DNA of 64,000 nt, from NCBI GenBank assembly GCA_963719315.1, contig CAVRBU010000004.1:288001-352000 (forward strand). The letters run 5' to 3'. This document shows positions 12,075 to 21,127 of this stretch, in pieces. Each line of letters opens with the position of its first letter. The stretch's first letter is position 1. The notes under the pieces are model-generated. The model saw nothing but the letters and a program-made list of their open reading frames with translations. It was not told the origin of the DNA and did not search any database. The position numbers and the translations under genes are program-made. The stretch comes from an uncultured Planctomycetota bacterium (lineage in GTDB: Bacteria; Planctomycetota; Planctomycetia; Pirellulales; Lacipirellulaceae).

Positions 12075-12083
12075 TGTTATACT
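12075..12083 (+). promoter_or_regulatory. Candidate extended -10 promoter of the cox/bc operon
   Basis: TGTTATACT about 90 bp upstream of the GTG start at 12170. Confidence 0.35.
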
Positions 12084-12169
12084 ATCGCACGACATCCGTT
12101 CAGCGAGCACAAATATGGAGACGCAACGTGGATTGCGTGGGACCAAGGATACTGACGGCAGGTGATAAC

Positions 12170-13153
12170 GTGCTGGCCCAAAGTCTTTCGATCTTTCATC
12201 CCGCTTCGCCGAATGCCTCTTCGATCGTCAATCTGGCGATTCTCACGCTAGCCATTGCGGGATTGATATTTCTCATCGTGGAAGGCGTGCTGTTCTACGC
12301 GATGTGGCGATTTCGACAGTCGCCTGGGCAGCAAGAGAGCGAGCCGCCGCAAGTTTATGGCAGCATGCCGATCGAAGTGGCTTGGACCGCCGCGCCCACG
12401 ATGATCGTGTTCTTTCTGGTGTTGGTCACCGCGCGGACGCTGTGGGACGTTGAGCCCAACGTGCCCAAGCCGGCGGACGGAGATAACACACTGTTCGTCA
12501 CGGTGATTGGCCACCAATGGTGGTGGGAATACGTTTATGAAAACTACAACGGCCGCACGCTGGGCATCATCACGCCCAACGAGCTTCATATCCCGGCAAG
12601 CGAGGGCGATACGCGCCGGCCAACCTATTTGACGCTGAAATCGGCCGACGTTTGCCACAGCTTTTGGGTGCCGCGGCTCGCCGGCAAGGTCGACCTGATC
12701 CCGGGTCGCGCCAATTCGCTCGTGCTCGACACCGAGGAAACCGGCGTGCATCTCGGCCAGTGCGCCGAGTTCTGCGGCGCACAACATGCAAACATGCGGA
12801 TACGTGTTTACGTGCATTCGCCGGACGAATTCGAGCAATGGTTGGCGCACGAATCGCAACCGGCGAAGGACGATCCCGCCGCGAGCGAAGGCAAAGCGAC
12901 GTTTCTGGCCGAGTCGTGCATCAATTGTCATCGCGTCCGCGGCACGATCGCCCGCGGCAGCTACGCGCCCGACCTGACGCACCTGATGAGCCGCGATACG
13001 CTGGCCGCAGGCGCCGTCGAAAACACACCCGAAAACTTGCACGATTGGGTCAAGAATCCGCAGAACGTCAAACCTGGCTGCCTGATGCCAGCCTTTGGTC
13101 TTGAAACGCAGCGGCTCGATTTAGTCGTAAAGTATTTGTCGACACTGCACTGA
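12170..13153 (+). CDS. coxB: Cytochrome c oxidase subunit II with C-terminal cytochrome c (caa3 type)
   Basis: GHQWWW, DVCHSFWVP, CuA motif CAEFCGAQHANM, C-terminal CINCH heme c. Start trimmed to GTG 12170. Confidence 0.92.
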   Translation: MLAQSLSIFHPASPNASSIVNLAILTLAIAGLIFLIVEGVLFYAMWRFRQSPGQQESEPPQVYGSMPIEVAWTAAPTMIVFFLVLVTARTLWDVEPNVPKPADGDNTLFVTVIGHQWWWEYVYENYNGRTLGIITPNELHIPASEGDTRRPTYLTLKSADVCHSFWVPRLAGKVDLIPGRANSLVLDTEETGVHLGQCAEFCGAQHANMRIRVYVHSPDEFEQWLAHESQPAKDDPAASEGKATFLAESCINCHRVRGTIARGSYAPDLTHLMSRDTLAAGAVENTPENLHDWVKNPQNVKPGCLMPAFGLETQRLDLVVKYLSTLH

Positions 13154-13174
13154 TCGTATTTCAGTACTATGCGG

Positions 13175-13243
13175 AGGAACGCTAATCCTCACTAATCTCC
13201 GCTAATCCGGAATTAGTGGAGATTAGTGAGGATTAGTGTTCCT
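13175..13243. repeat. Palindrome built from tandem 10-mers (CTAATC / GATTAG)
   Basis: AGGAACGCTAATCCTCACTAATCTCCGCTAAT pairs with ATTAGTGGAGATTAGTGAGGATTAGTGTTCCT between coxB and coxA. Confidence 0.8.
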
Positions 13244-13301
13244 GAATTTTGCTTCGTAACTTGCACTACTGTAATTCGCAATTCTGTTAGAGCGATTCGT
13301 C

Positions 13302-14975
13302 ATGTCCACCATGGAACCAACTCGTGGCGTCGAGCACGCCGGCTCTCCCCTTGAGAGTGCAGTCGACTTAGGCTGGACGACCTGGCTGCACGAGTGGGCC
13401 ACCACGGTCGATCACAAGAAACTCGGCATCATGTACGTCATGATGAGCATCGTGTTTCTAGTAGTCGGCGGTCTCGAAGCGCTGTTGATGCGGTTGCAGC
13501 TATTCTTTCCGCGCGGCAACGTGATCGGACACGATACGTTCAACCAGCTGTTCACGATGCACGGCACGACGATGGTGTTCTTCGTCGGCATGCCGATTCT
13601 GATCGGCATCGGCAACTACCTGGTGCCGCTGATGATCGGCGCTCGCGACATGGCCTTCCCGCGGCTCAACGCGTTCGGCTTTTGGATCACGCTGCTTGGC
13701 GGCCTGATGGTGTATCTGAGCCTAATCACGGGCGGCGCGCCCGCCTTGGGCTGGTTCGCCTACGCGCCGCTGACGGCAAATACATTTTCCCCCAGCGCCG
13801 CCACCGACTTCTGGGCGCTCGGCCTGGTCATCAGCGGCATCGGAACGATCAGCGCGGCGGTGAATTTCATCGCCACGATTCTCGGCATGCGCGCACCCGG
13901 CATGACAATGCGCAAGGTGCCGTTTTTCGTCTGGACGATGCTGTGGACCGCTTTTCAAATGCTGCTTGCCCTGCCGCCGCTAACTGCCGCGCTGATTATG
14001 ATCCTGTTCGATCGTCTATTAGGGGCGCATTTTTTCGACGTACCCAACGGCGGCTCGGCCTACCTGTGGCAGCACCTGTTCTGGTTCTTCGGCCACCCAG
14101 AAGTTTACATCTTGATCTTGCCGGTGTTCGGCATGGTGTCGGAGGTGATTCCCGTCTTTTCACGCAAGGTGCTGTTTGGCTACGAGTTCATGGCGGCGGC
14201 CACAATGGCGATTGCCTTCATCAGCCTCGGCGTGTGGGCCCATCACATGTACTGCGTCGGCATGGGCCGCACGCTCGACCTGTTCTTCGCCACGGCGACG
14301 TTTTTGGTATCAATTCCCACCGGCATCAAGTTCTTCAACTGGCTGGCCACGATGTACGGCGGGCGCATCCGCTTGGCCTCGCCCATGCTGTTCGCGTTCG
14401 GGTTCCTGTCGATGTTCCTCATCGGCGGACTCACTGGCGTGATGCTCGGCGCGGCGCCGTTCGATTTCCAACTTTCCGACAGCTATTTTGTCGTGGGCCA
14501 TTTCCACTGGGTACTGATCGGCGGCACGATCTTCGGCACGTTTTCAGGCATCTACTATTGGTACCCGAAGATGACTGGGCGGATGCTTTCGGAGCGGCTG
14601 GCCAAGTGGCACTTCTGGTTGCTGTACATTGGCTTCATTCTTACGTTCGGCCCGATGCACATCTCCGGCATGCTGGGCATGCCGCGACGAATCTACACCT
14701 ACGACGCCGGCCATGGCTGGGAAATCTGGAATCAACTCAGCACGATCGGCGCACTTTTGCAAGCGCCGAGCTACGCGATCTTCGTCTACAACCTGATCGT
14801 CTCTCTGCGGCACGGCAAACCGGCCGGCGACGATCCGTGGGACGCCTGGACGCTCGAATGGAAGACGACTTCGCCACCGCCCTCTTACAACTTCGAGGAA
14901 ACGCCTACGGTCCACAGCCGTCGGCCGTTGTGGGATATTAAACATCCGGAAGACCCCGATTGGCAGTATGAGTAA
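13302..14975 (+). CDS. coxA: Cytochrome c oxidase subunit I, A1 type
   Basis: TVDHKKLG, TMHGT, WFFGHPEVY, VWAHHM, VVGHFH, GMPRR. Confidence 0.95.
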   Translation: MSTMEPTRGVEHAGSPLESAVDLGWTTWLHEWATTVDHKKLGIMYVMMSIVFLVVGGLEALLMRLQLFFPRGNVIGHDTFNQLFTMHGTTMVFFVGMPILIGIGNYLVPLMIGARDMAFPRLNAFGFWITLLGGLMVYLSLITGGAPALGWFAYAPLTANTFSPSAATDFWALGLVISGIGTISAAVNFIATILGMRAPGMTMRKVPFFVWTMLWTAFQMLLALPPLTAALIMILFDRLLGAHFFDVPNGGSAYLWQHLFWFFGHPEVYILILPVFGMVSEVIPVFSRKVLFGYEFMAAATMAIAFISLGVWAHHMYCVGMGRTLDLFFATATFLVSIPTGIKFFNWLATMYGGRIRLASPMLFAFGFLSMFLIGGLTGVMLGAAPFDFQLSDSYFVVGHFHWVLIGGTIFGTFSGIYYWYPKMTGRMLSERLAKWHFWLLYIGFILTFGPMHISGMLGMPRRIYTYDAGHGWEIWNQLSTIGALLQAPSYAIFVYNLIVSLRHGKPAGDDPWDAWTLEWKTTSPPPSYNFEETPTVHSRRPLWDIKHPEDPDWQYE

Positions 14976-14981
14976 CGCGCT

Positions 14982-15605
14982 ATGAACCAAGCCGCCGCCA
15001 GTGAACTGCCCGTGCCGCCGGATATTGTGCCGGAACGCACGCTGAGCGCGCCTGAGTGGGGCATGGCCAGCTTCCTGGTTTCGGAAGTGGCATTTTTCGG
15101 CACGCTGATCGTGACCTACGTGGCATTCATGGGGCGCGATACCATCGGCCCCACGCCGGCCGAGGCGCTGTCGTTGCCACTGGTGATCGTTTCGACACTG
15201 TGCCTTCTATCGAGCAGCGCGGTGATTCATTCCGCCGAACGTGCTTTGGAGCGCAATGAACAGCGAGCATTCTGCTTCCTACTGGCGACGACAATCGCGC
15301 TGGGAATTGCGTTCTTGGTTCTCACGGGCGTCGAATGGTACGGACTTATCACCAAGCATCAACTCACGATTGGCCGGAATCTTTTCGGCACGACGTACTA
15401 CACGCTCGTTGGCTTTCATGCCCTGCACGTCACCGTAGGCGTCGTCGTGATGTCTATCGTGCTTGCGCTAGCGATGGGCCGCGAGATCACGGCGGCGCAT
15501 CGCACGGGCGTGAGGCTCGTCGCCTGGTACTGGCACTTCGTCGATGCGGTTTGGATCATGGTGTTCTTCGTGGTCTATATCGCCAGCCGGAGCAGCGGAG
15601 CATGA
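14982..15605 (+). CDS. coxC: Cytochrome c oxidase subunit III
   Basis: FLVSEVAFF, YTLVGFHALHV, AWYWHFVDAVW. Confidence 0.92.
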   Translation: MNQAAASELPVPPDIVPERTLSAPEWGMASFLVSEVAFFGTLIVTYVAFMGRDTIGPTPAEALSLPLVIVSTLCLLSSSAVIHSAERALERNEQRAFCFLLATTIALGIAFLVLTGVEWYGLITKHQLTIGRNLFGTTYYTLVGFHALHVTVGVVVMSIVLALAMGREITAAHRTGVRLVAWYWHFVDAVWIMVFFVVYIASRSSGA

Positions 15606-16888
15606 ACCACGACCCGCACGCCGCCGATGAAACCGACTCGGTCGACATGCCCAAGCCGACCGCTGCGCCGCTGGTGTTGGCCGTGGGAATCGCATTGTTG
15701 GCGATGGGCGTGGCGACCCGTCCGACGTTCCTTGTTGTCGGCGCCGTCGTATTTGTAATCGGACTGGGGCGGTGGATCAATCAGTTGCTGCCGGGGCGCG
15801 GCCATTGGCGCGAACCGCTTGTTGCGCCTGCGCAGCGTCCGCAACCGATGGCGCCCGCGCCGGGAGAAGTCGAGAAGTTGCGTCACGGCATGCCCGGCTA
15901 TCGGTTGCGGCTGCCCGTGAAGGTGCATCCCGTTTCGGCCGGTATCAAGGGAGGGCTTGTCGGCGGATTGGTGATGCCGCTGCCGGCGCTACTGTATGGA
16001 TATTTCAGTGGCCACGGCATTTGGTGGCCGGTGAACCTGCTCACCGGCATGGTGCTGCCTGGTGTCGGCGACATGAGCAATACTGAGTTGGAAAAGTTCC
16101 ACCCCACGCTGCTGGCAACAGGGGTTGTCATTCACATCGTCGTGTCGCTCACCATGGGCCTGATGTACGGCGTACTCATGCCGACGCTGCCGGACATCCG
16201 CAAGCCGCTGGAGTGGGGCGCGCTCTTGATGCCGCTACTGTGGACCGCAGTGAGTTTTTTCGCGCTCGGCCAGATACATCCCGGTGTTCGCGAGCGCATC
16301 GAGTGGCCATGGTTTGTGCTGTCACAGTTTGTGTTCGGCGTCGTGGCGGCGCTGGTCTTCATGCGATTTGAAAATCGCAGCCGAGTATTCGCCGGCCTGT
16401 TCGGCGGCGTGGCCGGTGGTTTGCTGATGCCGATCCCGGCGATTCTGTGGAGCCTGGCCGCCGGGCACGGCATGTGGTATCCGGTCAATCTGTTGGCCGC
16501 GATGGCGCCAAATCACTCGGCCGTGCCATCGCTCGTGGAACTCGAAGCATTTCACGCCGACTGGTTGGTCATTGCCATCGGCGTCCATGCTATCCTTTCG
16601 ATTATCTTTGGCCTGGCGTTCGCCTTCGTCTTACCGCGTTTGCCGACGATTCCGGGTCCGCTGGCCTGGGGCGGCTTACTGCTGCCGCTGCTGTGGACGG
16701 CGATGAGTTACGGGTTGATGGGTGTGGTGAACCCGGTGTTGCAGCAGCGCGTCAATTGGCCGTGGTTCATCGTGTCGCAATTCGTGTTTGGCATCGTCGC
16801 GGCGATCGTCGTCGTCCGCTCCGAACAAGTTCACATTCCACCGGCCGGGCAAGGGCCCGATCGGCGAGCCGACTTCGTCGCTAATTAA
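15602..16888 (+). CDS. Multi-pass membrane protein with internal duplication
   Basis: ATG overlaps the coxC stop (ATGA). Two copies of W(W/Y)PVNLL...H...LP...WG.LL.PLLWT...WPWF..SQFVFG.VAA. Confidence 0.8.
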   Translation: MNHDPHAADETDSVDMPKPTAAPLVLAVGIALLAMGVATRPTFLVVGAVVFVIGLGRWINQLLPGRGHWREPLVAPAQRPQPMAPAPGEVEKLRHGMPGYRLRLPVKVHPVSAGIKGGLVGGLVMPLPALLYGYFSGHGIWWPVNLLTGMVLPGVGDMSNTELEKFHPTLLATGVVIHIVVSLTMGLMYGVLMPTLPDIRKPLEWGALLMPLLWTAVSFFALGQIHPGVRERIEWPWFVLSQFVFGVVAALVFMRFENRSRVFAGLFGGVAGGLLMPIPAILWSLAAGHGMWYPVNLLAAMAPNHSAVPSLVELEAFHADWLVIAIGVHAILSIIFGLAFAFVLPRLPTIPGPLAWGGLLLPLLWTAMSYGLMGVVNPVLQQRVNWPWFIVSQFVFGIVAAIVVVRSEQVHIPPAGQGPDRRADFVAN

Positions 16889-16899
16889 ACATAACGGAA

Positions 16900-18224
16900 C
16901 AGTAGTGTCCCAACGTTTTCTCGTGGTTTGATTGTAAGTTGTTAATTGTTTCTAGTTTACGGAAGACCATGACCTGCTTCGATTTGAAATTGCCTTGGCC
17001 GATAATTTCCGATTTCCGGGATTTCGGAGGGGAATCGGTCTATGCACGCAGGCAAGTTGGTGTTCTCGCAGTTGATGGACTTTGTTCCGTGGCGCCGTTT
17101 CGAGACGTGCGTCCGTCGCTACGACGGCGATCACAAGATCAAAACGTTTCCCTGCGGCGAACATCTGCGGGTGATGGCCTTCGCGCAACTTACCTACCGG
17201 GAAAGCTTGCGCAATGTCGAAACCTGTCTGCGGGCCGTGCAGACCAAGTGGTATCACAGGGGGATTCGCGGCGGCGTCTCGCGGAACAATCTGTCGAACG
17301 CGAATCGAGTGCGCGACTGGCGGATCTACGCCGACTTCGCTCAGATTCTGATCGGAGAAGCCCGCGCGCTGTACGCCGCGGAAGACTTGGGCATCGACTT
17401 GGATGCCACCGTCTACGCGCTCGACGCCTCCACGATCGACTTGTGCCTGTCGCTGTTCCCTTGGGCCCGGTTTCGCCGGACCAAGGGGGCCGTCAAACTG
17501 CACACGCTGCTCAATCTTCATGGCAACATCCCCGAATTTATCCTGATTTCCGACGGAAAACTGCACGATGTGAACGTATTGGATTACCTGGTTCCATCAC
17601 CAGGCGCATACTACGTCATGGACCGCGGGTATCTCGACTTTGCTCGTCTGTACCAACTTCACCAAGCGAAAGCGTATTTCGTCACCCGAGCCAAGAAGAA
17701 TTTTACGTTTCAGCGACGTTACTCCCGCGAGGTCGACAGAACGACTGGCGTGCAGTGCGACCAGACGGTGGTCTTGGAAACGTTTTACTCTTTTCAAGGG
17801 TACCCCGAACCGTTGCGTCGCATTCGTTACTACGACCAGTCGCTCGGCAAGCGTCTGGTGTTTCTGACCAACGACTTCGAGTTGCCGGCGACGACGATCG
17901 CAGCGCTGTACAAGTCCCGTTGGCAGATCGAGTTGGTTTTCAAATGGATCAAACAACACCTGCGGATCAAGTCGTTCTATGGCACGAACCAGAACGCCGT
18001 GAAGGCTCAAATCTGGATCGCCGTTTCGGTCTACTTGCTCGTGGCCATCGCCAAAAAACGCCTCGGCATCGAAATGTCGCTTTACACAATTCTACAGATT
18101 CTGAGCGTCTCGATTTTCGAGAAAACGCCCTTAGGAGAGCTGTTTTCGCAAACCAACTACAAAATCCTACAACCCCATCCTCCTAACCAGTTGTCGCTAT
18201 TCGACTAACGTTGGGACACTATTG
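16900..18224 (+). mobile_element. IS4-family insertion sequence
   Basis: 18-bp terminal IRs CAGTAGTGTCCCAACGTT / AACGTTGGGACACTATTG (17/18 match). 9-bp target duplication ATAACGGAA at 16891-16899 and 18225-18233. Confidence 0.95.
17042..18208 (+). CDS. IS4-family DDE transposase (DUF4372 N-terminus)
   Basis: YALDASTI, KLH, VMDRGY, YKSRWQIELVFKWIKQ (YREK signature). Confidence 0.95.
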   Translation: MHAGKLVFSQLMDFVPWRRFETCVRRYDGDHKIKTFPCGEHLRVMAFAQLTYRESLRNVETCLRAVQTKWYHRGIRGGVSRNNLSNANRVRDWRIYADFAQILIGEARALYAAEDLGIDLDATVYALDASTIDLCLSLFPWARFRRTKGAVKLHTLLNLHGNIPEFILISDGKLHDVNVLDYLVPSPGAYYVMDRGYLDFARLYQLHQAKAYFVTRAKKNFTFQRRYSREVDRTTGVQCDQTVVLETFYSFQGYPEPLRRIRYYDQSLGKRLVFLTNDFELPATTIAALYKSRWQIELVFKWIKQHLRIKSFYGTNQNAVKAQIWIAVSVYLLVAIAKKRLGIEMSLYTILQILSVSIFEKTPLGELFSQTNYKILQPHPPNQLSLFD

Positions 18225-18232
18225 ATAACGGA

Positions 18233-18997
18233 ATGAAACAACTCGCTCGCACTTCCTGGCACCGCCGACAGCTCGCGCTATGCGTGTTGCCGTTGGCGCT
18301 GTGGGTCGGATGCGACTTGCCGGGTAAACCCAATCCGGCGAACAAACCCGAATTGCCGGACCAGAACCTGAGCTTCCACAAATTGTTCGTGGCCAATTGC
18401 GCCGGCTGCCATGGGGCAAAAGGAGAGTTTGGACCAGCGCCGCCGCTCAACGATCCACTCTTCGTGTCGATCGTGCCCGACGAGGATTTACTGAACGTAA
18501 TTCGCGCCGGCCGGCGCGGCACACCGATGCCGCCATTTCTGATCGACAACGGCGGTATGCTCACGCAACAGCAAATCGAAGTGCTAGTCGCGGGAATCAA
18601 ATCGCAATGGAACGCGAAAACCACAGACCTGGAATCACCGCCGCCGTATCAACTGACAAACGCCGGCGCCGTTCAATCGCCCGACGAACGCCAGCGCGGA
18701 CATGAGGTTTTCGCACGCGCTTGTGCCGGCTGCCATGGTGAGAACGGTCTGGGGAACAGCGCGGACCACGGTGCCGGCCCGATCAACGTGCCGGCGTTCC
18801 TCGCGCTCATCAGCGACCAAGCCATCCGGCGAATCGTGATTACCGGTCGGCCCGACTTGGGGATGCCGAACTATGCGGAAACCAAGGGGCGGCCCGACAA
18901 CTTCAAGCCGCTAACTTCCGCCGAAATCGGCGACTTAGTCGCACTGATCGCAAGTTGGCGCACGACCGGCGCCGTCGCGAGGTCGAATGGCCAATAG
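18233..18997 (+). CDS. Di-heme cytochrome c lipoprotein
   Basis: Lipobox LWVGC; two CAGCH motifs with downstream Met ligands (TPMP, LGMP). Confidence 0.88.
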   Translation: MKQLARTSWHRRQLALCVLPLALWVGCDLPGKPNPANKPELPDQNLSFHKLFVANCAGCHGAKGEFGPAPPLNDPLFVSIVPDEDLLNVIRAGRRGTPMPPFLIDNGGMLTQQQIEVLVAGIKSQWNAKTTDLESPPPYQLTNAGAVQSPDERQRGHEVFARACAGCHGENGLGNSADHGAGPINVPAFLALISDQAIRRIVITGRPDLGMPNYAETKGRPDNFKPLTSAEIGDLVALIASWRTTGAVARSNGQ

Positions 18998-19029
18998 ATA
19001 GTGCTCCAAAGAAGCAACGAGAATAAATT

Positions 19030-19595
19030 ATGGAAAACACTTCGCCCTGTACAGAAGCAATCGATGCTGCGGAGTTGCCCAGTCGGCGCACGGTTTTGCG
19101 CGTGCTAACGGGCTTGTTCGGCGCCGTTGCCGCGACCGTGCTGAGCATTCCGATGGTGGGTTACTTCTTTGGCGTGCGAAAGCGTACACCGGCATGGATT
19201 GATTTAGGCGGAATCGCTGATTTTCCGCTCAACGAAACGCGCCGGCTCACGTTCGACAATTCGATGCGTCAGCCGTGGGACGGCATGACGGCGCTCACCA
19301 TCGTGTACGCCCGTTATCAAGGAACGAATGACGGGAAGTCGGACCAGTTCCTAGTGCTGTCGGCCAATTGGCGCATCTGGGTTGCCCCGTCACCTGGTTC
19401 CAACAGTCGGGCCTGTTCATGTGCCCATGCCATGGCGGCGTGTACTACGCCAACGGCGAGCACGCCTCCGGCCCACCGCCACGCGGCTTGTACCACTGCG
19501 AATGGCGAGTCCACGATGGCCGGCTGCAGGTCCAATCGCCCCATTACCCGACACTTCAAGACCCACTCGTACCGCAACACCGCGAGACCGTTTGA
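19030..19595 (+). CDS. Rieske [2Fe-2S] subunit of bc complex (1-bp frameshift at about 19370)
   Basis: Tat signal SRRTVL plus TM helix. Restoring one C gives N-C-A-H-L-G-C, followed by FMCPCHGG and GPPPRGL. Confidence 0.88.
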
Positions 19596-19612
19596 CGGCA
19601 GCAGGATTCCTC

Positions 19613-21127
19613 ATGTTTGGCTGGCTTAAATCGATCGGCAAATGGGTGGATGTCCGCATCGGCTTCAGCGATACGCTGTTGCCGGTTATGCGGCACCCGA
19701 TACCGCGTGCCATCGACGGCCCGATCGGCTGGTGGTACGTGTTCGGCAGCGCATCGCTCACGTTCATGTTGATCCAAATCGTCACTGGCATCGGGCTGGC
19801 GCTGGTGTACGTTCCCGCGGCCGACAAAGCCTATGAGAGCTTGCTGTATTTGGACTACGAGCAGCCGTTGGGCTGGTACATTCGGGCGTTGCACTACTAC
19901 GCCGGCTCGGGCATGGTGGTGATGCTGCTGGTGCATATGACGCAAGTATTTCTGCAGGGCGCGTACAAATATCCGCGCGAGTTGACGTGGGTCATCGGCG
20001 TGTTCTTACTTGTGTGCGTGATGGGCATGTTCTTCAGCGGTCAGATTCTCCGCTGGGATCCGGACGCCTACTGGGGCCTGGCAGTCGCGGCGTCGATGGC
20101 CGGGCGCGTGCCGTACCTTGGGCCCTGGGTCGTGGAATTGCTGCTGGGCGGTCCGATCATCGGCGGCGATTCGCTTAGCCGATTCTTCGCACTGCACGTG
20201 TTCGTGATTCCCGCGGCGCTGTTTTTCTTTTTGGGCGTTCATCTGTGGCTGGTGCTGAAATGCGGGATCAGTTCTCCGCCCATGCCGGGCAAAATCGTCG
20301 ACCCACGAACCTACGATGCGGAATACCATCAAGAGATCGAACACGGCGTACCGTTTCTCGGCGACGCCATCTTGAAGGACATCATCTTCTCGGCGCTCGC
20401 AGTAACGATCGTCATCGTCATCGCGGCGCTCGTCGGCCCAAAAGGACCCACGGGTCCGCCCGATCCTGGGCTGGCCGACGCCAACCCGCGCCCGGAATGG
20501 CCCTTTCTGTGGCTGTTCGCGCTGTTGTCGCTCAGTCCGCCGGCCATCGAGACGTTCATTATGCTCGTGCTACCGGTCGTGATCGTCGTGGTGTTGCTGC
20601 TCGTGCCGTTCCTAAGCAATCGCGGCGAGCGGGCACCCAGTCGTCGGCCGGTGGCGGTGCTCGCGGTCGTTACCATTTATGCTACGCTTGCCGCGCTCTC
20701 CTATGAGGGCGTCCGCGCGCCGTGGTCGCCGAAAATGACGGCCTGGACCGCCGACCCGATCCCGAAACCGATTGTCGAGCGCTCGACGCCGCTCCAGTTG
20801 CAAGGCTCGCTCGTGTTCCAATACAAGAACTGTCGCAACTGCCACGCGCTCGACGGCATCGGTGGCGACCGCGGGCCGGATCTGACCCGCATCGGCACGA
20901 AAATGACCCGCAACCGATTGATCGACCAGGTGAGCAACGGCACGCCCGGTGGAGGCAACATGCCGGCCTATGGCAAGCAAATGAGCCCCGTCGAGATGGA
21001 CGCACTGGTCGATTTTCTCGTCAGCCTGCGACCCGAGGGCCAAGCGCCCGCCGGTGCCGGTGACCAATCGTTTGTCGCCGAAGACGGGATACGTCCCGTC
21101 GCACAAACCACCTCCCCCGCGCAATGA
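19613..21127 (+). CDS. Cytochrome b fused to subunit IV and C-terminal cytochrome c
   Basis: Heme b ligands RALH...VHM and FALH...VHL; PEWP at the PEWY position; C-terminal CRNCH...GGGNMP. Confidence 0.9.
   Translation: MFGWLKSIGKWVDVRIGFSDTLLPVMRHPIPRAIDGPIGWWYVFGSASLTFMLIQIVTGIGLALVYVPAADKAYESLLYLDYEQPLGWYIRALHYYAGSGMVVMLLVHMTQVFLQGAYKYPRELTWVIGVFLLVCVMGMFFSGQILRWDPDAYWGLAVAASMAGRVPYLGPWVVELLLGGPIIGGDSLSRFFALHVFVIPAALFFFLGVHLWLVLKCGISSPPMPGKIVDPRTYDAEYHQEIEHGVPFLGDAILKDIIFSALAVTIVIVIAALVGPKGPTGPPDPGLADANPRPEWPFLWLFALLSLSPPAIETFIMLVLPVVIVVVLLLVPFLSNRGERAPSRRPVAVLAVVTIYATLAALSYEGVRAPWSPKMTAWTADPIPKPIVERSTPLQLQGSLVFQYKNCRNCHALDGIGGDRGPDLTRIGTKMTRNRLIDQVSNGTPGGGNMPAYGKQMSPVEMDALVDFLVSLRPEGQAPAGAGDQSFVAEDGIRPVAQTTSPAQ

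Noticed and set aside
19360..19380. Programmed frameshifting in Rieske and other split genes
   Set aside because: No slippery sequence, and the shift destroys the first Cys ligand. Only the IS630 A7C site fits a known programmed frameshift.
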